From assembly GCF_056746865.1 (NCBI RefSeq), contig NZ_CM163382.1: a DNA stretch of 64,000 bases; one strand, 5' to 3'. This document shows positions 36,363 to 47,573 of this stretch, in pieces. Position 1 is the stretch's first letter. Each line of letters opens with the position of its first letter. The position numbers were made by a program, and so were the translations under genes. A model generated the notes under the pieces. It had not been told where the DNA came from. It did no database searches and saw only the letters and a list, made by a program, of their open reading frames with translations.

Positions 36363-36456
36363 TGCTTAGACTAAATCTTTGCCATAAGAACCAAATGTTC
36401 AAATCGAGGGGATTTCTATGGAAGCGCGGGAAGCAACCGCTACAGGTGAATCATGC

Positions 36457-38715
36457 ATGCGCGTAGATGCCATTGCTAAGGTCACCGGGCGGGCACGATA
36501 TACTGACGATTATGTTATGGCGGGCATGTGTTACGCGAAATATGTACGTAGCCCTATCGCACATGGTTATGCCGTAAGTATTAATGATGAACAAGCCAGA
36601 AGTTTACCGGGCGTACTGGCGATTTTTACCTGGGAAGATGTGCCTGATATCCCATTCGCTACAGCTGGGCATGCCTGGACACTTGACGAAAACAAGCGCG
36701 ATACCGCCGATCGTGCCCTGCTAACTCGCCATGTTCGTCACCATGGTGACGCCGTTGCCATCGTCGTGGCCCGTGATGAACTCACGGCAGAAAAAGCGGC
36801 GCAATTGGTCAGCATTGAGTGGCAAGAATTACCCGTTATCACCACCCCAGAAGCGGCGCTGGCTGATGACGCTGAACCAATCCATAATGGCGGCAATTTA
36901 CTAAAACAAAGCACGATGACGACGGGCAATGTCCAACAAACAATCGATGCCGCCGACTACCAGGTACAGGGGCACTATCAGACGCCGGTCATTCAACATT
37001 GTCACATGGAAAGCGTGACATCGCTGGCATGGATGGAGGATGACTCGCGAATTACCATCGTTTCCAGCACCCAGATCCCGCACATTGTTCGCCGTGTGGT
37101 TGGTCAGGCGCTGAATATTCCCTGGTCATGCGTACGAGTCATCAAACCGTTTGTCGGTGGCGGTTTTGGTAATAAACAGGATGTACTGGAAGAGCCAATG
37201 GCAGCATTCCTGACCAGCAAGCTTGGCGGCATTCCGGTGAAAGTTTCCCTTAGCCGTGAAGAGTGTTTCCTCGCAACCCGTACCCGCCACGCTTTTACTA
37301 TTGACGGGCAAATGGGCGTGAACCGCGACGGAACATTGAAAGGTTATAGTCTGGATGTTCTGTCTAACACCGGCGCTTATGCATCTCACGGGCACTCCAT
37401 CGCTTCTGCAGGGGGGAATAAAGTCGCTTACCTTTATCCTCGTTGTGCCTACGCTTACAGTTCAAAGACCTGCTATACCAACCTCCCCTCGGCTGGTGCG
37501 ATGCGTGGTTATGGCGCGCCACAAGTCGTATTTGCCGTTGAGTCTATGCTTGATGACGCCGCGACAGCGTTAGGTATTGATCCTGTTGAAATTCGTTTAC
37601 GCAACGCCGCCCGCGAAGGAGATGCTAATCCGCTCTCGGGCAAACGTATTTACAGCGCAGGGTTGCCGGAGTGTCTTGAAAAAGGCCGGAAAATCTTTGA
37701 ATGGGAAAAACGCCGTGCAGAATGCCAGAACCAGCAAGGCAATTTACGCCGCGGCGTTGGCGTCGCCTGTTTTAGCTACACCTCTAACACCTGGCCTGTC
37801 GGCGTAGAAATTGCTGGCGCGCGCCTGTTGATGAATCAGGATGGAACCATCAACGTACAGAGTGGTGCCACGGAAATCGGCCAGGGTGCCGACACCGTGT
37901 TCTCGCAAATGGTGGCAGAAACCGTGGGGGTTCCGGTCAGCGACGTTCGCGTTATTTCAACACAAGATACCGACGTTACGCCGTTCGATCCCGGTGCATT
38001 TGCCTCGCGCCAGAGCTATGTTGCCGCGCCCGCGCTGCGCAGTGCGGCACTGTTATTAAAAGAGAAAATCATCGCTCACGCCGCTGTCATGCTACATCAG
38101 TCAGCGATGAATCTTACCTTGATAAAAGGCCATATCGTGCTGGTTGAACGACCGGAAGAGCCGTTAATGTCGTTAAAAGATTTGGCGATGGACGCTTTCT
38201 ACCACCCTGAACGCGGTGGGCAGCTCTCTGCCGAAAGCTCCATCAAAACCACCACTAACCCACCAGCGTTTGGCTGTACCTTTGTTGATCTGACGATCGA
38301 TATTGCGCTGTGCAAAGTCACCATCAACCGCATCCTCAACGTTCATGATTCGGGCCATATTCTTAATCCGCTACTGGCAGAAGGTCAGGTACACGGCGGA
38401 ATGGGAATGGGCATTGGCTGGGCGCTATTTGAAGAGATGATCATTGATGCGAAAAGCGGCGTGGTCCGTAACCCCAACCTGCTGGATTACAAAATGCCGA
38501 CCATGCCGGATCTGCCACAACTGGAAAGCGCGTTCGTCGAAATCAATGAGCCGCAATCCGCATACGGACATAAGTCACTGGGTGAGCCACCAATAATTCC
38601 TGTTGCCGCTGCTATTCGTAACGCGGTGAAGATGGCTACCGGTGTTGCAATCAATACACTGCCGCTGACGCCAAAACGGTTATATGAAGAGTTCCATCTG
38701 GCAGGATTGATTTGA
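36457..38715 (+). CDS. xdhA: Xanthine dehydrogenase molybdenum-binding subunit
   Basis: ORF 36418..38715; start at MRVDAIAKVTGRARYTDD gives 752 aa, a molybdopterin-binding aldehyde-oxidase/xanthine-dehydrogenase-type protein. Confidence 0.9.
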   Translation: MRVDAIAKVTGRARYTDDYVMAGMCYAKYVRSPIAHGYAVSINDEQARSLPGVLAIFTWEDVPDIPFATAGHAWTLDENKRDTADRALLTRHVRHHGDAVAIVVARDELTAEKAAQLVSIEWQELPVITTPEAALADDAEPIHNGGNLLKQSTMTTGNVQQTIDAADYQVQGHYQTPVIQHCHMESVTSLAWMEDDSRITIVSSTQIPHIVRRVVGQALNIPWSCVRVIKPFVGGGFGNKQDVLEEPMAAFLTSKLGGIPVKVSLSREECFLATRTRHAFTIDGQMGVNRDGTLKGYSLDVLSNTGAYASHGHSIASAGGNKVAYLYPRCAYAYSSKTCYTNLPSAGAMRGYGAPQVVFAVESMLDDAATALGIDPVEIRLRNAAREGDANPLSGKRIYSAGLPECLEKGRKIFEWEKRRAECQNQQGNLRRGVGVACFSYTSNTWPVGVEIAGARLLMNQDGTINVQSGATEIGQGADTVFSQMVAETVGVPVSDVRVISTQDTDVTPFDPGAFASRQSYVAAPALRSAALLLKEKIIAHAAVMLHQSAMNLTLIKGHIVLVERPEEPLMSLKDLAMDAFYHPERGGQLSAESSIKTTTNPPAFGCTFVDLTIDIALCKVTINRILNVHDSGHILNPLLAEGQVHGGMGMGIGWALFEEMIIDAKSGVVRNPNLLDYKMPTMPDLPQLESAFVEINEPQSAYGHKSLGEPPIIPVAAAIRNAVKMATGVAINTLPLTPKRLYEEFHLAGLI

Positions 38716-38725
38716 GGATAACATC

Positions 38726-39604
38726 ATGTTTGATTTTGCTTCTTACCATCGCGCAGCAACCCTTGCCGATGCCATCAACCTGCTGGCTGACAACCCGCAG
38801 GCCAAACTGCTCGCCGGTGGCACTGACGTACTGATTCAGCTCCACCATCACAATGACCGTTATCGCCATATTGTTGATATTCATAATCTGGTGGAGCTGC
38901 GGGGAATTACGCTGGCGGAAGATGGCTCACTACGTATCGGCTCTGCAACGACATTTACCCAGCTCATTGAAGATCCTGTAACTCAACGTCATCTCCCAGC
39001 GTTATGTGCTGCGGCCTCATCCATTGCCGGACCGCAGATCCGTAACGTCGCTACCTACGGTGGAAATATTTGCAACGGTGCTACCAGCGCAGATTCTGCC
39101 ACGCCAACGCTAATTTATGACGCGAAACTGGAGATTCACTCCCCGCGCGGTGTTCGTTTCGTCCCGATTAATGGCTTTCACACTGGGCCGGGCAAAGTGT
39201 CTCTTGAGCATGACGAAATCCTTGTCGCCTTTCATTTTCCGCCCCAGCCGAAAGAACACGCGGGCAGCGCGCATTTTAAATATGCCATGCGCGACGCAAT
39301 GGATATTTCAACGATTGGCTGCGCCGCACATTGCCGACTGGATAACGGCAATTTCAGCGAATTACGTCTGGCATTTGGTGTTGCCGCGCCAACGCCGATT
39401 CGCTGCCAACATGCCGAACAGACTGCACAAAATGCGCCATTAAACCTGCAAACGCTGGAAGCTATCAGCGAATCTGTCCTGCAAGATGTCGCCCCGCGTT
39501 CTTCATGGCGGGCCAGTAAAGAGTTTCGTCTGCATCTCATCCAGACGATGACCAAAAAAGTGATTAGCGAAGCCGTCGCCGCGGCGGGGGGAAAATTGCA
39601 ATGA
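38726..39604 (+). CDS. xdhB: Xanthine dehydrogenase FAD-binding subunit
   Basis: 292 aa CO-dehydrogenase-flavoprotein-like ORF; synteny. Confidence 0.9.
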   Translation: MFDFASYHRAATLADAINLLADNPQAKLLAGGTDVLIQLHHHNDRYRHIVDIHNLVELRGITLAEDGSLRIGSATTFTQLIEDPVTQRHLPALCAAASSIAGPQIRNVATYGGNICNGATSADSATPTLIYDAKLEIHSPRGVRFVPINGFHTGPGKVSLEHDEILVAFHFPPQPKEHAGSAHFKYAMRDAMDISTIGCAAHCRLDNGNFSELRLAFGVAAPTPIRCQHAEQTAQNAPLNLQTLEAISESVLQDVAPRSSWRASKEFRLHLIQTMTKKVISEAVAAAGGKLQ

Positions 39605-40080
39605 ATCACAGCGAAACAATTACCATCGAATGCGCCATTAACGGGATCCCTTTTCAGCTTCACGCCGCACCAGGCACGCCGCTCTCGGAATTACTCCGCG
39701 AACAAGGACTGCTAAGTGTCAAACAAGGGTGCTGCGTGGGTGAATGTGGTGCCTGTACGGTGCTGGTCGACGGCACAGCAATAGACAGTTGCTTATACCT
39801 TGCCGCCTGGGCTGAAGGAAAAGAGATCCGCACGCTGGAAGGTGAAGCGAAAGGCGGAAAACTTTCTCATGTTCAGCAGGCTTATGCGAAATCCGGCGCA
39901 GTGCAGTGCGGGTTTTGTACGCCTGGCCTGATTATGGCTACCACAGCAATGCTGGCGAAACCACGCGAGAAGCCATTAACCATTACGGAAATTCGTCGCG
40001 GACTGGCAGGAAATCTTTGTCGCTGCACGGGGTATCAGATGATTGTAAATACAGTTCTGGATTGCGAGAAAACGAAGTAA
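39601..40080 (+). CDS. xdhC: Xanthine dehydrogenase iron-sulfur subunit
   Basis: 159 aa with 2Fe-2S motifs ([12 protein letters not shown] and CGFCTPG). Confidence 0.9.
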   Translation: MNHSETITIECAINGIPFQLHAAPGTPLSELLREQGLLSVKQGCCVGECGACTVLVDGTAIDSCLYLAAWAEGKEIRTLEGEAKGGKLSHVQQAYAKSGAVQCGFCTPGLIMATTAMLAKPREKPLTITEIRRGLAGNLCRCTGYQMIVNTVLDCEKTK

Positions 40081-40119
40081 AAGGATATCCGGCCTGAATT
40101 CAGGCCGGATTCACTGAGG

Positions 40120-41898
40120 TTATGTGTTTAACAACTCATATTTCTTAATCTTGCGATAGAGCGTAGCAATGCCGATGCCCAGTTCATCAGCAACTTGCTT
40201 CTTGCTGTTATGACGTGAAAGCGCCTCGCGGATCATTTGCTTTTCCATCTCCTCCAGCGCCGTGCCGCCCGCATCATCGAGTGCCAGGTGCGCCTCGCTG
40301 ACCTCTGTTACATCACTTTGCTCCGTTGTGCCATTATTCAGCAGATTTGGTGGCAATAGCGTGCTGTCGATAACTTCACCTGAAGGAACAACGTTAACCA
40401 GATATTCCATCAAATTGCTTAACTCGCGCAGGTTTCCGGGCCAACGATGCTTACGCAATATTTCGACGACATCGGGAGCAATGCCAGGATAAACCGATCC
40501 CAGACGACGGGTATGCAGATGTAAAAAGTAATGCACCAGTAGTTCAATATCTTCCTGACGTTCACGCAGCGGTGGCAGAGTTATCGGGATAACATTAAGT
40601 CGGTAGAAGAGATCTTCGCGGAATTTACCTTCGGCAATGAACTGGGCCAAATTCTGGTTAGTTGCAGAAATGATGCGAATGTCGACTTGTATTGGGCTAC
40701 TGGCACCAATCGGCAGAATTTCACGCGCCTCAATAGCGCGCAGTAATTTAGCCTGCAACATTAATGGCATATCACCTATTTCATCGAGAAACAGCGTGCC
40801 CGTATTCGCCGCCTGAATCAACCCTGTTTTACCGTTGGCAGAAGCGCCAGTAAATGCGCCTTTAACATAACCGAACAGTTCGCTCTCCAGAAGCTGCTCC
40901 GGAATCGCGGCACAGTTGATAGCAATAAAGGGTTTATTCCGTCTTCCGCTCAACTTATGGATTGCACGGGCGACAACTTCTTTACCCGTGCCGCTTTCAC
41001 CAACCACCATAACGCTGGATGGGCTGGGTGCAATACGGCTAATGAGTCGTTTTAATTGCCGCATAACACGGCACTCGCCAACCAATTGTTCAATATGCGG
41101 TTCATCAGGTGCATTTGCTACAGAAAAACTGGTATGCGATTGGTGAAACGCCATTAAAAATAATTGTCGGCCCTGAATGTTATGCAATTGACCAATGATT
41201 AATTCACTTTTATCGTCCCACGAAACAATATGCTGCATATGTCCATGGGTAAAATTACTCTCAAATGTTAATGGTCTGAAACGGATAGGTTTCCCAATAA
41301 TATTATTTTGTACAACACCAAGTGTTTTTAAGGCAGTCTGATTAACAAACTGAACCCGACTTTCATCATCAACAACTAATACGCCCTGATCCATATTATC
41401 GATCATGGTCGCGAATATTTTACTGATGTTATCTCCTGGCCCCTGATCCTCCAGAAGTTTCGAAACAAAAATGGTGGATATATGGCGAACATAATCAGAA
41501 AATTCGCGTAAATTATCACTGATATGCTCTTGTTGCTCGTGGGTAACGGCAATCAAACTTATCACCCCAACACAACGATCCTGTAAAATGACAGGCGTAC
41601 CCAGAAATGCTTTTTCGCGGCAATTTTCTTTACTATCGCAACCTTCACAAAGGGGATCGAAGCGAGACTGTGTCACAACTTTTTCAGTTTTCGTTTCCAG
41701 GACGTGGCGGAGCAGGCGTGAGTTGCCGCTCAACTGGCGACCAAGAAACTTCCCATACGCGCCCGTTCCGGCGACGCGACACAAGTTTTCATCAACGATC
41801 TCAACCTCAAGCTGCAAAACGCTGGCAAGCATTCTGGCAAAACGCTGAATTGTCGGTTGAATTTGCATCAATACTGACTGCGTAGTAGCAAGCTCCAT
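40120..41898 (-). CDS. ygeV: Sigma54-dependent transcriptional activator
   Basis: 592 aa; AAA+ Walker A GESGTGKE, the GAFTGA sigma54-contact motif, and a C-terminal HTH. Confidence 0.9.
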   Translation of the reverse strand: MELATTQSVLMQIQPTIQRFARMLASVLQLEVEIVDENLCRVAGTGAYGKFLGRQLSGNSRLLRHVLETKTEKVVTQSRFDPLCEGCDSKENCREKAFLGTPVILQDRCVGVISLIAVTHEQQEHISDNLREFSDYVRHISTIFVSKLLEDQGPGDNISKIFATMIDNMDQGVLVVDDESRVQFVNQTALKTLGVVQNNIIGKPIRFRPLTFESNFTHGHMQHIVSWDDKSELIIGQLHNIQGRQLFLMAFHQSHTSFSVANAPDEPHIEQLVGECRVMRQLKRLISRIAPSPSSVMVVGESGTGKEVVARAIHKLSGRRNKPFIAINCAAIPEQLLESELFGYVKGAFTGASANGKTGLIQAANTGTLFLDEIGDMPLMLQAKLLRAIEAREILPIGASSPIQVDIRIISATNQNLAQFIAEGKFREDLFYRLNVIPITLPPLRERQEDIELLVHYFLHLHTRRLGSVYPGIAPDVVEILRKHRWPGNLRELSNLMEYLVNVVPSGEVIDSTLLPPNLLNNGTTEQSDVTEVSEAHLALDDAGGTALEEMEKQMIREALSRHNSKKQVADELGIGIATLYRKIKKYELLNT

Positions 41899-42374
41899 AG
41901 CTTTACCTTCCAGACTTACTTAAAAGTCGATCATTGAAGACGTTGATGGTTCATAGATCATGATGATATTAACTCAGGCGAAATTGGCTTTGATAAAAAC
42001 ATAAGATTTTTATCACTTTCTAATGAAATTATGGAAGAGATATCACATTTCTATATCAATATGAGAATTACGGCGGTGAGTTTATCAAACTGACGAGGGA
42101 TAACCTGCCCCTTTATCTTATTTCTGATACTTAGCAGCAAATAAATAACGCGATAAAAAAAGCCAAACGTTTTCGTATTTTACAAACAACCAGAAGCTGG
42201 CATCAATTTGTGATCAACCCCACACATTACCCGTCAAATTAGTCTTTTGCAGCCGCTTGGATAATTCTGGCATAGTTATTGTTAGTCCCAGGTATAGCTG
42301 TGAAAAGACCAATCACTTTTGGCAAATCACAGTGAAATAAACCTCTTTGCCTGTCATTCCACTACCGGGACTTT

Positions 42375-43565
42375 ATGATGAAAACTGTTAATGAGCTGAT
42401 TAAGGATATCAATTCGCTGACCTCTCACCTTCACGAGAAAGATTTTTTGTTAACGTGGGAACAGACGCCAGATGAACTGAAACAAGTACTGGACGTTGCC
42501 GCAGCATTAAAAGCACTGCGTGCTGAAAACATCTCAACCAAAGTCTTTAATAGTGGATTAGGTATTTCCGTATTCCGCGACAACTCCACCCGTACCCGCT
42601 TCTCTTATGCTTCCGCGCTTAACCTGCTCGGCCTCGCACAGCAAGATCTCGACGAAGGCAAATCACAAATCGCTCACGGCGAAACCGTGCGTGAAACCGC
42701 CAATATGATCTCCTTCTGCGCCGATGCCATCGGTATTCGTGACGATATGTATCTGGGCGCAGGCAACGCTTATATGCGTGAAGTTGGCGCTGCACTTGAT
42801 GACGGCTACAAGCAGGGCGTACTGCCGCAGCGTCCGGCTTTAGTGAACCTGCAATGCGATATTGACCACCCGACTCAGTCAATGGCTGACCTCGCATGGT
42901 TACGTGAACACTTTGGTTCACTGGAAAACCTGAAAGGTAAAAAAATCGCCATGACCTGGGCCTACTCCCCAAGCTATGGCAAACCGCTCTCTGTACCACA
43001 AGGCATCATCGGTCTGATGACTCGCTTCGGTATGGATGTCACCCTGGCCCATCCGGAAGGCTACGACCTGATCCCGGATGTCGTTGAAGTCGCTAAAAAC
43101 AATGCTAAAGCCTCCGGCGGTAGCTTCCGTCAGGTCACCAGCATGGAAGAAGCCTTCAAAGACGCAGACATCGTTTATCCGAAGTCATGGGCACCTTACA
43201 AAGTGATGGAAGAGCGTACTGAATTGCTGCGTGCGAACGATCACGAAGGCTTAAAAGCACTGGAAAAACAGTGTCTGGCACAGAACGCGCAACACAAAGA
43301 CTGGCATTGTACTGAAGAGATGATGGAACTGACCCGTGATGGCGAAGCCCTGTACATGCACTGCCTGCCAGCTGATATCAGCGGCGTATCCTGCAAAGAA
43401 GGTGAAGTGACTGAAGGCGTATTCGAAAAATACCGTATCGCGACCTACAAAGAAGCCAGCTGGAAGCCTTATATCATCGCCGCGATGATCCTGTCCCGTA
43501 AATACGCCAAACCAGGTGCACTGCTCGAGCAACTGCTGAAAGAAGCGCAAGAACGCGTGAAATAA
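42375..43565 (+). CDS. ygeW: Carbamoyltransferase-family protein
   Basis: 396 aa with the STRTR carbamoyl-phosphate-binding motif (NSTRTRFS). Confidence 0.85.
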   Translation: MMKTVNELIKDINSLTSHLHEKDFLLTWEQTPDELKQVLDVAAALKALRAENISTKVFNSGLGISVFRDNSTRTRFSYASALNLLGLAQQDLDEGKSQIAHGETVRETANMISFCADAIGIRDDMYLGAGNAYMREVGAALDDGYKQGVLPQRPALVNLQCDIDHPTQSMADLAWLREHFGSLENLKGKKIAMTWAYSPSYGKPLSVPQGIIGLMTRFGMDVTLAHPEGYDLIPDVVEVAKNNAKASGGSFRQVTSMEEAFKDADIVYPKSWAPYKVMEERTELLRANDHEGLKALEKQCLAQNAQHKDWHCTEEMMELTRDGEALYMHCLPADISGVSCKEGEVTEGVFEKYRIATYKEASWKPYIIAAMILSRKYAKPGALLEQLLKEAQERVK

Positions 43566-43622
43566 CCCCTCGGGCCGATCAGCTGGTCGGCCCTCTATTT
43601 CCAGAGGCCAAAAGGATAGGAT

Positions 43623-44819
43623 ATGTCCGTTTTCTCATTGAAGATTGATATCGCCGATAACAAATTTTTCAACGGCGAAACATCACCGCTCTTTTCGCAA
43701 AGCCAGGCCAAACTGGCGCGCCAGTTCCACCAGAAAATTGCTGGTTATCGCCCAACACCGCTTTGTGCGCTGGACGATCTCGCAAACCTTTTTGGTGTGA
43801 AGAAAATTCTCGTCAAAGACGAATCAAAACGATTCGGTCTGAACGCCTTCAAAATGCTCGGCGGTGCATACGCCATCGCTCAATTATTGTGCGAAAAATA
43901 TCATCTTGATATCGAAACGCTGTCATTTGAGCACCTGAAAAATGCCATCGGCGAAAAAATGACTTTCGCGACCACCACCGACGGCAACCACGGGCGCGGT
44001 GTGGCGTGGGCAGCACAGCAACTCGGACAGAATGCGGTGATTTACATGCCGAAAGGTTCTGCTCAGGAACGCGTTGACGCCATTCTGAACCTCGGTGCCG
44101 AGTGCATCGTCACGGATATGAACTATGACGATACCGTTCGCCTGACCATGCAACACGCGCAGCAGCACGGCTGGGAAGTGGTGCAAGATACCGCCTGGGA
44201 AGGTTACACCAAAATCCCAACCTGGATCATGCAAGGCTACGCAACACTGGCAGATGAAGCCGTCGAGCAAATGCGTGAAATGGGCGTAACCCCGACACAC
44301 GTTCTGCTGCAAGCCGGTGTCGGTGCAATGGCCGGTGGTGTGCTGGGTTATCTGGTCGACGTCTACAGCCCGCAAAATCTGCACAGCATTATTGTTGAAC
44401 CTGACAAAGCTGACTGTATTTATCGCTCCGGCGTCAAAGGCGACATCGTCAACGTTGGCGGTGATATGGCCACCATCATGGCGGGCCTGGCCTGCGGCGA
44501 ACCTAACCCGCTGGGCTGGGAAATCCTACGTAACTGCGCCACCCAATTCATCTCCTGCCAGGACAGCGTTGCCGCATTAGGTATGCGTGTGCTGGGTAAT
44601 CCGTACGGCAATGACCCGCGCATCATCTCCGGTGAATCCGGCGCTGTCGGTTTGGGCGTTCTCGCAGCGGTTCATTATCACCCGCAACGTCAAAGCCTGA
44701 TGGAAAAACTGGCGCTGAACAAAGATGCCGTAGTGCTGGTTATCAGCACTGAAGGCGACACAGACGTGAAGCACTACCGCGAAGTTGTCTGGGAAGGCAA
44801 ACACGCTGTAGCACCTTAA
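43623..44819 (+). CDS. ygeX: Diaminopropionate ammonia-lyase (PLP-dependent)
   Basis: 398 aa ORF; PLP-dependent fold-type II enzyme-like; synteny. Confidence 0.85.
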   Translation: MSVFSLKIDIADNKFFNGETSPLFSQSQAKLARQFHQKIAGYRPTPLCALDDLANLFGVKKILVKDESKRFGLNAFKMLGGAYAIAQLLCEKYHLDIETLSFEHLKNAIGEKMTFATTTDGNHGRGVAWAAQQLGQNAVIYMPKGSAQERVDAILNLGAECIVTDMNYDDTVRLTMQHAQQHGWEVVQDTAWEGYTKIPTWIMQGYATLADEAVEQMREMGVTPTHVLLQAGVGAMAGGVLGYLVDVYSPQNLHSIIVEPDKADCIYRSGVKGDIVNVGGDMATIMAGLACGEPNPLGWEILRNCATQFISCQDSVAALGMRVLGNPYGNDPRIISGESGAVGLGVLAAVHYHPQRQSLMEKLALNKDAVVLVISTEGDTDVKHYREVVWEGKHAVAP

Positions 44820-44876
44820 TCACCCTATTGGAACTGCTCCCTGCAAAACGGGGAGTAAAAAATCTGGAGAAAAATA

Positions 44877-46088
44877 ATGGCTAAGAATATTCCATTCAAA
44901 CTGATTCTTGAAAAAGCAAAAGATTACCAGGCGGACATGACTCGCTTCCTGCGCGACATGGTTGCTATTCCCAGTGAAAGCTGCGACGAAAAACGCGTAG
45001 TACATCGTATTAAAGAAGAGATGGAAAAAGTCGGCTTCGATAAAGTTGAAATCGACCCGATGGGCAACGTTCTCGGTTATATCGGCCACGGCCCGCGTCT
45101 GGTGGCAATGGACGCTCATATTGATACCGTCGGCATTGGTAACATCAAAAACTGGGACTTCGATCCGTACGAAGGCATGGAAACTGATGAACTGATCGGT
45201 GGTCGCGGTACTTCCGACCAGGAAGGCGGCATGGCCTCTATGGTTTATGCCGGTAAAATCATTAAAGACCTCGGTCTGGAAGATGAATATACCCTGCTGG
45301 TTACCGGTACGGTGCAGGAAGAAGACTGCGACGGCCTGTGCTGGCAGTACATTATTGAACAATCCGGCATTCGCCCGGAATTTGTGGTCAGTACCGAACC
45401 AACCGACTGCCAGGTATACCGTGGTCAGCGCGGTCGTATGGAAATTCGTATTGATGTTCAGGGTGTTAGCTGCCACGGTTCTGCACCAGAACGCGGTGAC
45501 AACGCCATTTTCAAAATGGGTCCGATTCTTGGCGAATTACAAGAACTCTCCCAACGTCTGGGTTATGACGAATTCCTCGGCAAAGGCACCCTCACCGTTT
45601 CTGAAATCTTCTTCACATCCCCAAGCCGTTGCGCTGTAGCAGATAGCTGCGCCGTCTCTATTGACCGCCGTCTGACCTGGGGCGAAACCTGGGAAGGCGC
45701 GCTGGACGAAATCCGCGCCCTGCCTGCAGTACAGAAAGCTAACGCGGTTGTTTCTATGTACAACTACGACCGTCCGTCCTGGACTGGCCTGGTTTACCCA
45801 ACCGAATGCTACTTCCCGACCTGGAAAGTGGAAGAAGATCACTTCACCGTTAAAGCACTGGTGAATGCCTACGAAGGTCTGTTTGGCAAAGCGCCGGTTG
45901 TTGATAAGTGGACCTTCTCAACTAACGGCGTATCTATCATGGGCCGTCACGGCATTCCAGTGATCGGCTTTGGCCCAGGTAAAGAACCTGAAGCGCATGC
46001 ACCTAACGAAAAAACCTGGAAATCTCACCTGGTGACCTGTGCCGCGATGTACGCGGCAATCCCGTTAAGCTGGCTGGCAACCGAATAA
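44877..46088 (+). CDS. ygeY: M20-family peptidase/deacylase
   Basis: 403 aa with metal-binding His/Asp/Glu pattern typical of M20 (HIDTV...DQEGG); synteny. Confidence 0.85.
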
Positions 46089-46140
46089 TTACTCTTCACT
46101 TATTCCCCTCCGGTTCGCCGGAGGGTTTTTGGAGTTTGCT

Positions 46141-47526
46141 ATGCGCGTATTGATCAAAAACGGCACTGTCGTTAACGCAGATGGACAAGCCAAACAGGAT
46201 TTGCTGATTGAAAGCGCGATTGTTCGCCAGTTGGGCAACAATATTTCGCCACAGCTCCCGTATGAAGAAATTGATGCCACTGGCTGTTACGTTTTCCCTG
46301 GCGGCGTGGATGTCCATACGCATTTCAATATTGATGTCGGCATCGCGCGCAGTTGTGATGATTTTTTTACCGGTACCCGCGCAGCTGCGTGTGGCGGTAC
46401 AACAACCATTATTGACCATATGGGATTTGGCCCGAATGGCTGCCGGTTACGCCATCAACTGGAGGTTTATCGTGGTTATGCCGCCCATAAGGCGGTCATC
46501 GACTACAGCTTTCACGGTGTGATCCAGCACATTAATCACGCCATCCTCGACGAAATTCCGATGATGGTCGAAGAAGGACTGAGCAGTTTTAAACTCTATT
46601 TAACCTATCAATACAAACTCAACGATGACGAGGTTTTGCAGGCGTTACGCCGCTTGCATGAGTCCGGCGCGCTGACCACCGTGCACCCGGAAAATGATGC
46701 AGCTATCGCCAGCAAGCGGGCGGAGTTTATCGCCGCAGGGTTAACCGCGCCGCGCTATCACGCCTTGAGTCGCCCTCTGGAATGCGAAGCGGAAGCCATC
46801 GCCCGCATGATTAACCTGGCACAAATTGCCGGTAACGCCCCGCTCTATATCGTGCACCTGTCTAACGGCTTAGGTCTGGATTATCTGCGTCTTGCCCGTG
46901 CGAATCACCAGCCAGTCTGGGTTGAAACCTGCCCACAATATCTCCTGTTGGACGAACGCAGTTACGATACAGAAGATGGCATGAAGTTCATTCTTAGCCC
47001 ACCGCTGCGTAACGTACGCGAGCAGGACAAACTGTGGTGTGGCATCAGCGATGGTGCGATTGACGTGGTAGCGACCGATCACTGCACGTTCTCGATGGCT
47101 CAACGCCTGCAAATTTCTAAAGGCGATTTCAGTCGCTGCCCAAATGGCTTACCCGGTGTGGAAAACCGCATGCAGTTACTGTTTTCCAGTGGCGTAATGA
47201 CGGGACGTATAACACCGGAACGTTTTGTTGAATTAACCAGCGCGATGCCCGCCAGGCTGTTTGGCCTGTGGCCGCAAAAAGGATTATTAGCGCCCGGTTC
47301 CGATGGCGACGTGGTGATTATCGACCCACGTCAGAGCCAACAAATTCAGCATCGCCATCTCCACGACAACGCTGACTATTCGCCATGGGAGGGTTTTACC
47401 TGTCAGGGCGCGATTGTCAGAACTTTATCCCGTGGTGAAACGATTTTCTGTGACGGCACCTTTACAGGCAAAGCCGGGCGAGGTCGTTTCCTGCGACGCA
47501 AACCGTTTGTCCCTCCCGTGCTCTAA
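46141..47526 (+). CDS. hyuA: D-phenylhydantoinase (cyclic amidohydrolase)
   Basis: ORF 46129..47526; start at MRVLIKNGTVVN gives 461 aa with the metal-binding motif GGVDVHTHF. Confidence 0.85.
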   Translation: MRVLIKNGTVVNADGQAKQDLLIESAIVRQLGNNISPQLPYEEIDATGCYVFPGGVDVHTHFNIDVGIARSCDDFFTGTRAAACGGTTTIIDHMGFGPNGCRLRHQLEVYRGYAAHKAVIDYSFHGVIQHINHAILDEIPMMVEEGLSSFKLYLTYQYKLNDDEVLQALRRLHESGALTTVHPENDAAIASKRAEFIAAGLTAPRYHALSRPLECEAEAIARMINLAQIAGNAPLYIVHLSNGLGLDYLRLARANHQPVWVETCPQYLLLDERSYDTEDGMKFILSPPLRNVREQDKLWCGISDGAIDVVATDHCTFSMAQRLQISKGDFSRCPNGLPGVENRMQLLFSSGVMTGRITPERFVELTSAMPARLFGLWPQKGLLAPGSDGDVVIIDPRQSQQIQHRHLHDNADYSPWEGFTCQGAIVRTLSRGETIFCDGTFTGKAGRGRFLRRKPFVPPVL

Positions 47527-47573
47527 CCACTGCCAGGGATCTATACACAATCAAGAATGATGAGTGAGGAAAA

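Noticed and set aside
44820-45476. 218 aa ORF antisense to ygeY, and similar antisense ORFs in ygeX, hyuA and yqeA
   Set aside because: They overlap strongly supported sense genes and have no SD or recognisable motifs.
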